From Hydrolagus affinis (lineage: Eukaryota), in contig JAAILG010000595.1 of assembly GCA_012026655.1 (NCBI GenBank), positions 1 through 64,000 on the forward strand: a DNA stretch of 64,000 nucleotides. The letters run 5' to 3'. The notes under the pieces were generated by a model that worked only from the letters and a program-made list of their open reading frames with translations, did no database searches and was not told where the DNA came from. The position numbers and the translations under genes were made by a program. Shown here in pieces: positions 38,866 to 51,142 of this stretch. Position 1 is the stretch's first letter. Each line of letters begins with the position of its first letter.

Positions 38866-40619
38866 CTCACAGGAACAAAATTAAACCATTTCAGCCCCCC
38901 TCAAGCCTGTTCTGCCATTCTATAAATTAATAGTTGATGGTGGAACAGGCTCAAGGGGCTGAATGGACTACAACTGATCCTATGTCCCTTCATTCCTATA
39001 AGCCAGGTATGTCGCTGTGTGCAATACAAAAGTTTGCATTCAGTCGTGTTATAAACAGCATTGAGAGAGCTTCCCAGTCATCTTTCAGTGGCCTGGCTGA
39101 CTTTAACCTGGTGACTTAACAGTGCACCAGCTCAACCCAGTGATGCCAAGTCCTTTGAAGAAAAATAAACCCTTTTTAAATAGCATATTCCATCCCAGCT
39201 GTGCCTTAGAATTTTGCTCAGAATTCAAACAATGGAACTACAGTACTTCTCCCTCTCTCTCTCTCTTTTTCTCTCTCCCCCACCCACCCCCAGCTTATGG
39301 CAAAAAAAAGATTAGCAAGCAATGAGTTGATAAGATCTGATTTGAAATCAAGTTTTTTGGGATGGACTTTTTCGGAAACAAAAGGTCGAACTTATCAACT
39401 CTCAGTGAAATCTTAACGGTTACACATTTTCCCTTGCTGATCCTTTATTTTTCTAACTCCCTCATCATCAGCTGCCCATGGCAGCATCACCTGCCTACGG
39501 CAAGGGGTAATATGTACCAGTTCTGTGTAACCATCTTTTTCCAAGTCCCTGTTTGCAGTGGCAAAGAAGATCGTACCAAAGTTTGCCTTTAGCGGTGAAC
39601 TGTTGAAGCCCGCTGTACCTCCTGGAGGTCAAGTAATATTCAGCCAAAGAACTTGGAATACAACAAAAACAAATGACATTTGTGTAGCGCCTTTCACAAC
39701 AAGAGGACGTCCCAAGGCGCTGGACGAAAGTAACTGCTGAGCTACAAAATAAATAGCAGCCAATGGAATGAGCCATTCACATTAGATTCAAGGCGAACTA
39801 TTTTCCCATAACAAACCACAATGTCAGTTTCAGACATCTCAGAAATGTAGCCCTAACCTCCCACACCCCCCCCACCCACCCCAACCCACTTGCAACCTCT
39901 GCAAACATTAACCCTTCAAGAGCAACTTTGCGCAACATGGGGCGATGCTCCATCAAGCGAAGATGTTTGCGTTCAGTAACACAGGGAAAATTCAAAAGGA
40001 CACTTATTAATGAAGACCAGCTAAGGTAACCAACCCCTGGGAAGAAAATTTCACCTGGGTCTAGAGTTACTCTAATGACTTTATATTTCGGAGCGTACAA
40101 GATTGTGCAAATTCTGTGAATTGTTTAGGTTTTGAAGTCTCGCTTTTCTGAAGGTTTCTTTTAAGAACTAAGGAGACACAACTTCAAAGTTAAAATTAAT
40201 CGAACAGCTTGCCAAATCTTGACCTGCGTGAAATGTAACATCTACAGAGTAACTCCAGACCTAAGTGGAATTCCTGCCCTTCCCTCCTCCCACCCCCCCC
40301 ATTATGCTTGTTATTTGTCAGAAAAGACTTTAAACAGGTGGCGGAAAGGTGCTGTTATTCTGCATTGTACCATTGAACTTATCACTGGAGGAACTGAGTG
40401 TGAGGGGTGATCCGAAAACTCTAAATAAAGACTTTAAGCTTCTTGAGACGTCTAGAAGACGTGAAAAGCACTAAATCAAATGCAAGGATTATTATTATTA
40501 TTATTGAAATGTCTGTAAGGCAACCAGTGACATATTGAACAACAAAACCTTGTTGAATGGTGCGTTGTTAATATTCATTATTATTGAATTATAATTCATT
40601 TATAATGAATAAACAATAA

Positions 40620-40900
40620 TAAAATAATAATCCTTGCATTTGATATAGCATTTCTCGCGTCTCCTAGATGTCTCCAAGCGCTTCACAGAATACACTGCAA
40701 AGTGTATGTCTATTATGGGCGAAATTTGGCAGCCGATCACGCACAGCAACGTCCCACCAAATGTCGTTCATAGACTATTATTTTTTTTCTTGAAGAATTA
40801 TTATCAGGCTCATGGAGTAATGAAACTTGCCCAAGGTTTTGCCCTGACGGGAATCGGACCCAGGTTTTTCGCTTGCGAGGCGGGTGCTTTAACCACAGAA
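40620..40900 (-). mobile_element. tRNA-derived SINE, diverged near-full length
   Basis: Tail to head similarity with the family; a + strand tail fragment lies at about 40440-40505. Confidence 0.8.
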
Positions 40901-41724
40901 ATTCTAAATCATTTGAATGCTTGCAGAAAAACACATTAATACATGTATAGTCCACAGTGTAAGAACAACCGACATCCTTTTTGGTGTAATTTGTGCTCTG
41001 AGCACGTCAACTGCAGCAATAAAATTAGGGTTCATTCACGTCAGATGAGACCAAGCATTGAGATTTTGAAAATAAATATAGCACTGTGTCTCATCGGTGG
41101 GGAGTTTTTTTTGTTGCTAAAAAAAAATCTCATTCACTTATCACAGATTTGAGAATCAGTGCAGAAGTCTGAAACAATAATAATAATAATAATAATCCAC
41201 GACTGGTTGTGAGACACCGCTGTGCGCAATTGGCTGTCGCATTTCACCCGCAAAATACAAAAGTCAGTAACACTTTGCAGTGCACTGTGTTCTGTGAAGT
41301 GCTTTGAGACTTCTCAACGACACGATCAGGGCGCTGCGTCAAGAAGAAGGATTATTATTATCATTATTGCTATGGCGATGGTGAAGATACTCTTGAGAAA
41401 ATGCAAAGCGGGCGGGCGCAGCGTTGAATGGGTTAAATTTTGCGACCAACTTTTTGGTGGATTCCACCAAATGACATAATTTCTACTTGAAGCAGAGACC
41501 ATGTCGCAGGATTAACCTTCCCACAAACCTCCCCGCCCGCCCGCCCGCCTTGTCATCGCCTATCTGGAGATCAGCGCAAATTAAAGAGATTGCAGGAAAA
41601 CCCCTTTTCGCCCATGGGAAACAGCCCTCGCTGGTATCTAAATAAACAGCTGGACTGGTTCAATTCATACTTAATGAACTTCGACACTTTTAATTACTGG
41701 GACAGGAGCTTCTCTCTGCTGGTG

Positions 41725-41795
41725 GTGGAAAGGAGGGAGGGAGGGAGGGGGAGAGGGAGAGGGAGGGAGGGGGAGAGGGAGAGGGAGGGAGGGGA
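41725..41795. repeat. Polypurine (GGGA)n tract
   Basis: About 70 nt of almost pure G/A; potential triplex or G4 structure. Confidence 0.85.
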
Positions 41796-42421
41796 ACTGA
41801 GATCCCCAAAACCAGCCCCTCTGCAAAGTCACCAAATTCATTGAGTTCTAATTTTTTTTTAAGAATCAATGAAAAACAGATGACTGTTTTCCATCCCTCC
41901 TCCTCCCCCCTCCCCAAAAAAAACTGATGCACAAATAATATCAAATAAAATAAAATACAACAGATGAACTACTCTGTTCGAGAGAATAACATGTACTCAC
42001 TACTCAGTGTTCACATGGTTAATTGGAGTTGTTGATGAGTGAGGAGGGAGGGCAGAATATAAATGATCAATCAATCATTAATAGCTAATAATTCATATTG
42101 AGACTAAAACCCTGCACTTTTAGCCCTTTTACCACTTGATGTGCCTGTTACAAACAAACAGCCTCTTGTTAAAAATTTCTTTTTGGGGTGGGGGGGGGAG
42201 TGTAACTGAAAACAACAGTGCAATTCAAATCGCTGAGAGTAAAACAGCCCTAGGTTCTGAGCATGTGTATTGCAGCCACTGACATGGGTTTAATGTTACT
42301 ACAGTGCATACAGTTAACGCGCAAATTAAATGAACCTGGAGCAAAGTCGCTTCTAAAAACCGCACAGTGAAATATGTTTGTCACAACGTTAATATGATCT
42401 GTTGAAACAAAATCAAATTAC

Positions 42422-42538
42422 CTCCGTGGTTGGCAAGTATCTTTTCAAACCAACCTTTTCTGCCACTGGTCTTTTAGATGGTCGGGTTCCACCTTCTGCT
42501 TTTTGTTGCCTCTGACAACTGTTCTGCTGAGGAGTCAT
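42422..42538 (-). CDS. ARHGAP20: ARHGAP20 probable first coding exon
   Basis: MTPQQNSCQRQQKAEGGTRPSKRPVAEKVGLKRYLPTTE resembles the MSPQQ N-terminus of ARHGAP20; phase-0 donor GAG|GTAATT matches the phase-0 start of exon 2. An upstream in-frame ATG (42640) and an alternative donor (after 42455) exist. Confidence 0.65.
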
Positions 42539-44257
42539 GATATTGACTTGATCCTTCACTGTGCATGTTCTCAACTCTTGTTTTCCATTTCCAACAGGAG
42601 AAATGATTTGGGTACAGTATTTGGCTTTTGTGTTCTGCATTAATCCCCGATAGTGATCTGACTGTACACTGTTTGATCTGGAAGTGTGAGAGTTACATGG
42701 TTTTTCTCTCTCTCTCTCTTTCTCTACTGAGCTGGGACTGAGTCCTATTCTGATCTGGGGCTGTTCCTCCTCACTGACTAAATAAGGTCATCCTCATCTA
42801 CCAGTGCCTCACTTCCACTGTAACCCTTTAATGCTGAGGAACTCTTACACTTGATTTACTGCTCCAGTACACCCCACCCCAGCATCACCACCAGACTTTA
42901 CAGAGAGGAATGAATTCCCCCACGAAAATTCATGTTGTCATTTTTTTTTCTCTCTCTCTTTTTTCTTATACAGTACAAGTCAAGCTTTTGCAGATAGAGA
43001 GGCCACAGAAATAACTAATAAAACAAAAACCAAATAAAATTCAAGCAACTTGTGGTGCGACATGAAACCTCATCACACACACACACAGTGTGGGAATCTG
43101 TGCTATGTTTGCAAGTGTTGCAATTTCCAAACCCAAATTATCATGCCTTAGTTGAAGGGATGGATCCATTTCAATTGCTCTGATTTTTCACACGTTGCTG
43201 TTTGTCTCTGAACACTCATGGCTCTGGGGGCTGTGTATTTTCAGTGTCGATTTCCTGATTAAACAGGATCTCAGTGAAAACAGAGCAGGACAATTAAATA
43301 TTCAGGAGTTCTCATGTCTTGTGACATGATGTGATTAGTGTTCTGCCTTGTTGAGGGGAATTGTTTAACAGTTTTTGACAGTGTTAAAAAGCTATTTTAC
43401 CAGCAATCTGAGTCAAGAAAGAGCTCTTTCAGCAATGACAATATGTACATCTTCTTGCAGCAGGCGTCAAGGACTAAAACTGGAGTCCTGTAGTGTAGTG
43501 GTTAGAGCAATGGGACAGAGCAAGTGTCCTTACTCCACATGCCTCCACTTACTAAGTTGTTAGTCAATTGGTGGATCGCTGTTCAGGTGCCAATAATCCC
43601 TTAAACAAAAAGCGAAACAAATACTACAAAAAAATGACATTTGTCAAGCGCCCTTCACTGTGGGAGGACGTCCCAAGTCGCTGGTCAGATAGTATTTCGG
43701 ACCCAAGCTGTAGGGATTGGGGAGATTGGAGGGCAGGGGTCAGTGAATCGACTGTATATTTTGTGGGCGAAACACAGCAGCCAATTGCACACAGCGGTAT
43801 CCCACAAACAGTCGTGAATTGAAGAACTATTATTATTACCCAAACAATTTTCATCTGGTTGTGTTTATTTCTCTTGCAAAACTAAAAAAAAACTGCGCTA
43901 AATCCTAAGTGAGTTTTTAACCTTTGGCGCTTGGCACCTTCCTCCCCAATTCTTGTTATTTGTTGGGAGTCAGTAAGAAGCAGGAGCTACAAACTACAGG
44001 GGAGAGGCAGGCACAGAAGAGATGTCTTCTGATTGGGATGAGGGTCATCAGAATGACCTCTCACCCAGTAAAAATTCTTCCACAGTCAATTCAATTTACA
44101 ATTTATTCTGTGAAGCGTTTTGAAGCGCCTCAATAATATAGCGATATCCTTGAGCTCTGTCAAATTAAATATTCCAAGGTTGTGACACCAGGAGAAAAAA
44201 AACTCTTGTCTTTTGGATTACTTTACAAAAACAACAACTTGCATTTTGTAGAGTCGT

Positions 44258-44530
44258 AGAATCCCGTAGCTCAATGCTTAGAGGACTCGCCTTACAAGCA
44301 AAAGACTTGCAAGTCCAGGCAGGGTGAAACCTTGGGCAAGTTTTGCTTCCTCTACACTCCCTCATAATAATCCCTCAAAAAAACAATAGTAAATTGGTCA
44401 TTTCAATCCATGACTGTTTGTGGGACAGTGCTGTGTGCAATTGGTCAATTCACTTTACAGTATATTCTGCGAAGTGCTTTAAGACGTCTATAAGACGTGA
44501 AAAGCGCGGTATCAAATGCAAGGATATTAT
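44258..44530 (+). mobile_element. tRNA-derived SINE with internal deletions
   Basis: Head CCCGTAGCTCAATGCTTAGAGG..CTCGCCTTACAAGC, body and tail. Confidence 0.85.
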
Positions 44531-45889
44531 GTGAGTGATATTACTATCATATTTCCTGCCTCAAAATGTTAGGAATTTTTATGCAATTGCTCATATACAG
44601 TATCCCATTATTATTTTAATCCTAGCACATGTCCAATCGTGGGACGTGCTCAGGAGTTGACTATACATTATTTTGAGATCCAATCCAATATAGTGCACTC
44701 TGGCTAGGTTATGAAAATGATAGCTCACAGAGAAAATTACTGATAGCAAAGAGCACCAGTCAGCTCAATCATTGGGAAAGTGCTCTCACAGGCAATGTTT
44801 ATTTATTCCTGGAGAATGTTCCATTAACACAATGTTAACAGCAGCATCCTGGCCGGTCTGGGAAGTTTGCTCGTTGCAAATTGTCACCCCGTTTGCCCCT
44901 CGCTTTCACTGACCACGTTCGCCAATCTGACTCCGCATCCTGATGTCGGGAGGGATGGCGCTACTGTATATCACATGCCGGGATTGAAATCACTTATAAA
45001 TAACAGTTGCAATACTTTAACTCAATGCTTTTATGGATTGTGAAGAATGTTGATTGTCCATATTGGGTAAGGTTTTGCACCCGTTTTTAAAGGGTTTAAA
45101 GATTTTTAAATATACTCATTTTAGTTTATTTTAAAATTATAATGGCACAGTTAATTAGACAACAACAACCAAATTATACTTGTACAGCGCCTTTCACGTC
45201 AGAAGGACGTCCCAAGCTGCTGGATAGTCACAGTTCCTCAAATGTTCGGTTATATTTTCTTTACAATGAAGCCCTTTTTAAAAGAACAATCTACACAGTG
45301 TCCTGTTACGCCATGTTTTTCTTTTACAAGTGCTCTGACCAACAACTGAAACATGTAGAGGGTTGAAGATAATGATACGTAATTGTATTCAGTACAAGTA
45401 TTTTTACTGTATTTAGGCAGCCAGAGGATGATCTGTGTGAGTGAATGAGTGTCATCATTTTCATGGCAGATAATGATCCATCGCCATGACAGTTCAACAT
45501 TATTTGTAAGATGGAATGAGGAGGCGAAACTCATCTCTTTTCAGCTCCTCCGTTTGTCTCGTGGCACTGTTTTGTGACGGGATTAAGAAGACTTTGTGGA
45601 CACTCTGTACAATCATTTCAATTGTTCGAGCAACGGACTTCTCTCTCTCTGCGGTGGAGACAGCAGCTTGAGGCTTTTGTTATGACTTGCTCTCACTCTT
45701 TTGGCTTCAAGTTAACAAATGGACAAAGCCACTCGAATCAATTAGAATTGGCCAATTCTAACCGAGGAAAAAATGAAAATGGCCCGAAGTTATCCAAAGC
45801 AAACACCCGTTAAAGAAGATGAAAGCAGAAAAACATCCAAAAGTAGTTCTCTTGCAATCTGCCTGTCCTGGGTCGAACCCTCGCTTAAT

Positions 45890-46197
45890 AATAGTAATAT
45901 TAATCATTGAATTTGACATAGCGCTTTTTACATCTTCTAGATATCTCAAAGCGCTTCACAGAATATACTGTAAAGTGAATTGACTGTATATTTGTGGGCG
46001 AAACGCGGCAGCCAATTGCGCACAGCAGTGTCCCACAAACTGACGTGGCTTGAAATGACCAATTTTATTATTGTGGATTTTTTTTTGAGGGATTATTATT
46101 AGGCGTGTGTGTGGAGTAAGGAAACTTGCCCAAGGTTTTGCCCTGACCTGGTCACAGGTCTCACGCTTGTAAGGCGAGTGCTCTAAAACCACTGAGC
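45890..46197 (-). mobile_element. Young tRNA-derived SINE (subtype A, B box deleted)
   Basis: Family body and tail near consensus. Confidence 0.88.
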
Positions 46198-47124
46198 GAG
46201 AGCAAGTCAACACTAGAGAATATAATAGGAAAGATGTTGGGTGGGAGGGTGGGGCCTAGGATTTCGACTGTTAGTGCTCACAGACTTTGTAAAGGCTGTG
46301 CTCACAAAAACATTACGAACTCTTTAAAAGTTTCAAAAGGCCAGTCTGATGGTTTCAAGTGAAGAGAAGTGTTTGGAATGAGTCTGATGCAGAACTCCTG
46401 AGAGCTAACTATCGTTAAGTTAGTTGGCTTGGCTCTAAAGCACTTTCGAGCGAGGCTGTTCCTGAATAAAACTCTCATGCACTTTCACTTGAGTCCAAGT
46501 TATTAAAAAAAAGTCTACATGAAATAATTGTTCCGTGAGTAATAGAGTTTGCGATTTGTCTGGGTCTAACATGTTAATCATGGAGATGTCCTGTTATTTC
46601 ACCTTTTGCTTTGGAAGAAGTAGAGTGAGAAGTATTTTGATCAGACTTCACTACTCAAGGTCATCAAGACTGATGTATTCGTTAAGTAATGTTAACATCA
46701 GGCCAGTCAATAAAAAAACGCTTCTTACTTATTATTTTGTCTCCTTATTTTCTCCTCTCCGTGGAAGTCCCATTGCTTGCGAAGGATCTAATTCCACAGA
46801 CACCCACCCGTGAGCGTTTATGAGGGAGGTTTTGACCAAGAGCGTCAGCAGACTGTGAAACCACCGCGGGGCGTGAGATCAAAGTCCCATCCCATCCTCA
46901 GCGGGGAAGAACTGGATAGTAATCAGTTATTGTAACATACCATTGGATCAAAACTATGTAGCTCAATGTACTTTCGATGGTGTTAACTTGAATGTTAACT
47001 TTAATCTGGGCAATATTATATTTGATGGCAAATTGTACAAGCAAAAGTTGATTTTACAATATTCAACCATTCTATTTCTCTACGTATGGTCTCATGCATC
47101 ATGTGTTTGCTGGGTGCATATCTT

Positions 47125-47397
47125 GTTTGTAGCTCTGCCCCCACACTCTGGAACTCCATCCCGCAGTCCCTTCACCTCGCTTCCTCCCTTGCCTCCTTCA
47201 AGGCCGGTCTCAAGAACCCTCCTCTTCAATCGAGCCTTCTGCTGCCCTCCCAACTCTCTCCCTCCCCTCTTAACTCTCTCCCTCCCCTCTCCCCTATCCT
47301 GCCCCTCTCCCTTGCTCGGGTCCCGACCTGACAGTTCAGCGCCTTGGGGCGTCCTCCTGACGTGAAAGGCGCTCGATAAATGTAATTTTGTTGTTGC
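47125..47397 (+). mobile_element. L2-clade LINE 3' end
   Basis: SSAPTLWNSIPQSLHLASSLASFKAGLK, C-rich UTR, tail CAGCGCCTTGGGGCGTCC..GTGAAAGGCGCT..TAAATG(TTG)n. Confidence 0.8.
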
Positions 47398-48269
47398 TGT
47401 TTAAACTTTTTAGTCAAACCAAAAACTGCATCTTGCCAATTTGCGTGAAAGCCTGTTACAGTGCAGGTACAATCAAGTTTATTGAAATGATCCGTTGTTT
47501 ACAAATCATCATTTTTTTGGGAGGTGGGGGGGATGGTGTCAGCTGGGTGTCTGATACATGCGGAAACCATTTGCCCCGCCTGAGAGAGTCTCCTAGCCAA
47601 ACTCGGGAGAGAGTTCCACATGTGTACTTACGTTTTGCATTAAGTCACATCCACTTTTCACTAAAGCGTTTCAAAATTTGCGTAAGGTAACCTAATTGAA
47701 ACAGAGTGTGAACCATCCTGTTCCACACACGAAAAAATAAAAGAGAGGCCAGTGTAAAAGATGTAGAGCTGAGTGCCGAGATGAAAGGCATGTCTCTACA
47801 CTGCTCGAGTGCATGACAGAAACTTGTAACGTAGCACAAAAAGCAACAGCACAGCCATAGGAATTCCACTAAGCAGAGGCCTCCCACTCAGTTGTTTTCG
47901 CAACTGAAGGCTTTTCCTCTTTCTTACTCACAGCATCAATTGCACACCATGGTGTCAGCTATAGCCGTGGTGAAAACACAGCGAACGTCAATGTACAAAA
48001 AGAAAATGTTTTTCGAACAGGAACAGGAACCGCATGGGGTACGGGTGGATACTCTGAAACGGCCCATTCATCAATGTCGGCAGCTGCTATTATTATGGGC
48101 TCTAATCACTGCCTCCTCATACTGATAAGTCCTGAGTTATTTGTGGAGCCGTGAGCATAGTTGGCCGATGAAAGGTTGTTTTGCAGCCATCTACAACGGC
48201 ACAAATACTATGTTAGCTTTTCTGAACAGAGCGAAAGGCCCAGTCTGCTAGTTCTCTGGTCAAATCCAC

Positions 48270-48560
48270 TTCAACAACAACAGCAACACTGCATTTATAG
48301 AGCGCCATTCACGTTTTGAGGATGTCCCAAGGCGCTGAACAGTCAGGGGTCAGTAGCCCGGCATGGAGGGGTCGAGGTGGGGGCAGGGTTGGGGTAAGGG
48401 AGGGCAGAGAGGTAGGAGAGTGCGGCTGAAGCCACGGTCAAAAAGGAGGGTCTTGAGTCAGGCCTTGAAGGAGGCAACGGAGGGAGAGAGGCAAGGGATT
48501 GTGGGATGGAGCTCCAAAGAGTTTGGGCAGTGAGGCCGAAAGCCCCGCCACCGATGGAAG
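48270..48560 (-). mobile_element. L2-clade LINE 3' end
   Basis: Reverse-complement relative of 47125-47397. Confidence 0.75.
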
Positions 48561-48837
48561 TAGTACGTCACAGAGAGGAAAATAATGCAGCTGATACAAT
48601 CTCAGTTTTTTTTTTGTTCACGAATCCTTCTGGGCTGCGTAACACTCACAGTTTGTGATCAAAGGCAAAGAGCTGATGAGGTCCTATTGTGCAGAAACTA
48701 ATGTCAAAATAGATGTTATCCTCCATGTGTGTTGAGATACTTAGGATCACCACTCTTTGGCACCATCAGAATATACAATCTTTATAGATAGGACATTGGT
48801 TCCTGCTCCCATCCCCGGACTTCTCTCTTTCTCATTG

Positions 48838-49172
48838 AGAACTCCTGTAGCTCAGTGGTTAGAGCATTTGCCTCACAAGCGTGAGACCTGTGTTCGAATC
48901 CAGGCAGGTCAGGGCAAAACCTTGGGCAAGTTTCCTTATTCCACAAGCCAAATAATAATCCCTCCAAAAACAAAACCACAATAATAAAATTGGTCATTGC
49001 AATCCACGACAGTTTTTGGGACACTGCTGTGTGCAATTGGCTGCCGCGTTTCACCCACAAATATACAGTCAATTCACTTTACAGTATTCTGTGAAGCGCT
49101 TTGAGGCATTCAAAAGATGTGAAAAGCGCTGTATCAAATGCATGGATTAGTATTACTTTTATTATTATTATT
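48838..49172 (+). mobile_element. Young tRNA-derived SINE, full length (subtype A)
   Basis: Intact A box TAGCTCAGTGG and B box GTTCGAATCC; (TAT)n tail. Confidence 0.9.
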
Positions 49173-51109
49173 GAAATATTTACTTTGATTTACTGGCAAA
49201 AGCTAATATCATCAGTTCAATATCTCAGACAATCGCATTAAAAGGAACTACCAAAATATGCCTGGTCACCAGGTTGCCGCTGACTTCGCTTCCTGCCTGT
49301 TGCACGCAGAAAGTGTACGGTGGAAGTGTACCATGCCTCCAGTAAGCGTGGGACCACAGGACACCTGTTGAAGCTAGTCCACACTCTAGTGAGCAGTTTA
49401 ACAGCAGGCCTTGCCCTGTGTGTTGTTGCCTGGATTTTAGAATAATGATAGACTTATATTGTCTTTGTGCGTGCACTAATTGATGCCGGTTAATCACCCA
49501 CAAATATACAGTCAATTCACTTTACAGTATATTCTATAAAGCGCTTTGAGACGTCTAGAAGACGTGAAAAAGCATTGCATCAAATGCAAGGATTATTATT
49601 GTTAGCATCTAACTGGATAGATTTGTCGTCTCAGTTTGAGAATTAAAGATCCCATTGCACTATTCGAAAAGAGGAGTTTCTCCCTATATTCCTGCCAACA
49701 ATTCCCCCACAACCACCACCAAAAAAAAATTGGTCACTCACAGCTGATTGTGGAGTGAAAAGAACATTGCCACAAAATTGACTGCGTTGTGCTTCTACAA
49801 GACACAGTCAATTAACAGTGAGTCCTGTGAAGCACTTTGAGACATCCTCTTGACACGAAAGCCACTACATCAAAGGCAAAGATTCTTCTTTTTCTTCTTA
49901 CTCTAAACAGATTTCACAGGGTTTTCAGCCAACATGAATGAGACATTCTTCGGTCATTTATTATTGTAGGAATTTGGTTCGTAATAAGCTTTTGGAGTCG
50001 AGGGCAGAAACAATCTCCTCCCACGAAAATGACGTCAAGCATCGCAAGGAAAGCTCGGGTTTTACGATCCCTGGGTCGTAGAGTTCATGTTTCAAGACTG
50101 TCTATATCTCAAATCTGACAGTCTCAGTTGCAATGATCTACAGCCAGCACTCTAAAGGGTTGCTGAGCAAAAGATCTGGACTGATAGAATCAGTTCTTTC
50201 CATGCAACTTTCAATCCTCCAGCAGAGAAAGACAAGATCTTGGTTTAATATTTGACAGCAATTTTTTTTAAAAAACAATTTTTCACTCCATTGTTTTGAG
50301 CAAGTTTATACAAGCCTTTCATTGGTTAGACTCCACGCAGTTGCCCCCAACACACACCCTGGGGTCCCCAAGCCTTGGCTTTTGCCAACCTGCGCCTAAT
50401 ATATTCCTGGAATTATGTTAACAGAATGCGAACCCTTCTGGGGAGAGAGTGAGAGCATTTCATTCCAACAATCTATGAGTGAGATTTACGTGTGTAGTTG
50501 GGTTGCATGGAATTCTCAGTTTGATGTGGTCACTCTTAAGCACGGTGATGGGTTTCCGCATGTGTCAGACACGTGGAACAGCAATGAATGGCTGAGGAAA
50601 AAAGGTTTATTTTCCAATGTTATTCGGGCGTCCAGCCCACTGATCAAGAATAGATTTGTTTCCTATCCCTCTTTGGGATGATGGGGTAAAATACAGGTAA
50701 ACGCTGAGATGTGATCGATAAAGAATGAAATCAGTGCAAATGACACCTCATGTGTCTGTCAAGAATCGAGTACATTTTCCAACCAGTCAGCTTGTAGCAT
50801 TCAGATGAACTACTGTATGAAAAAGAGACAATTGCAATAACTTGGTGAAAAATGTGGCATAACCCGCATGACTGTTCCATGTACTGATGTAATTTGATGG
50901 TTTATTCCTCAGTAAATGCCCTGCCTCAGAAACCATTTATCCAGATTTATTTGCTTATCCAGTAAGTGATTCCATCGCTGCCTCTGCCTTTGTGGGAACA
51001 GAATCCCTCAGAAATATACCACTGCTGTAACTTCCAGACACATTTTATAATTATGCTGTTTGCTTGCTGCCAAACAGCAGGAGATCAGAACAAGGAACGT
51101 TTAATGCGA

Positions 51110-51142
51110 GAGTCAGTCAGTCAGTCAGTCAGTCAGTCAGTC
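51110..51142. repeat. (AGTC)n tetranucleotide microsatellite
   Basis: Direct read, about 8 units. Confidence 0.95.
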
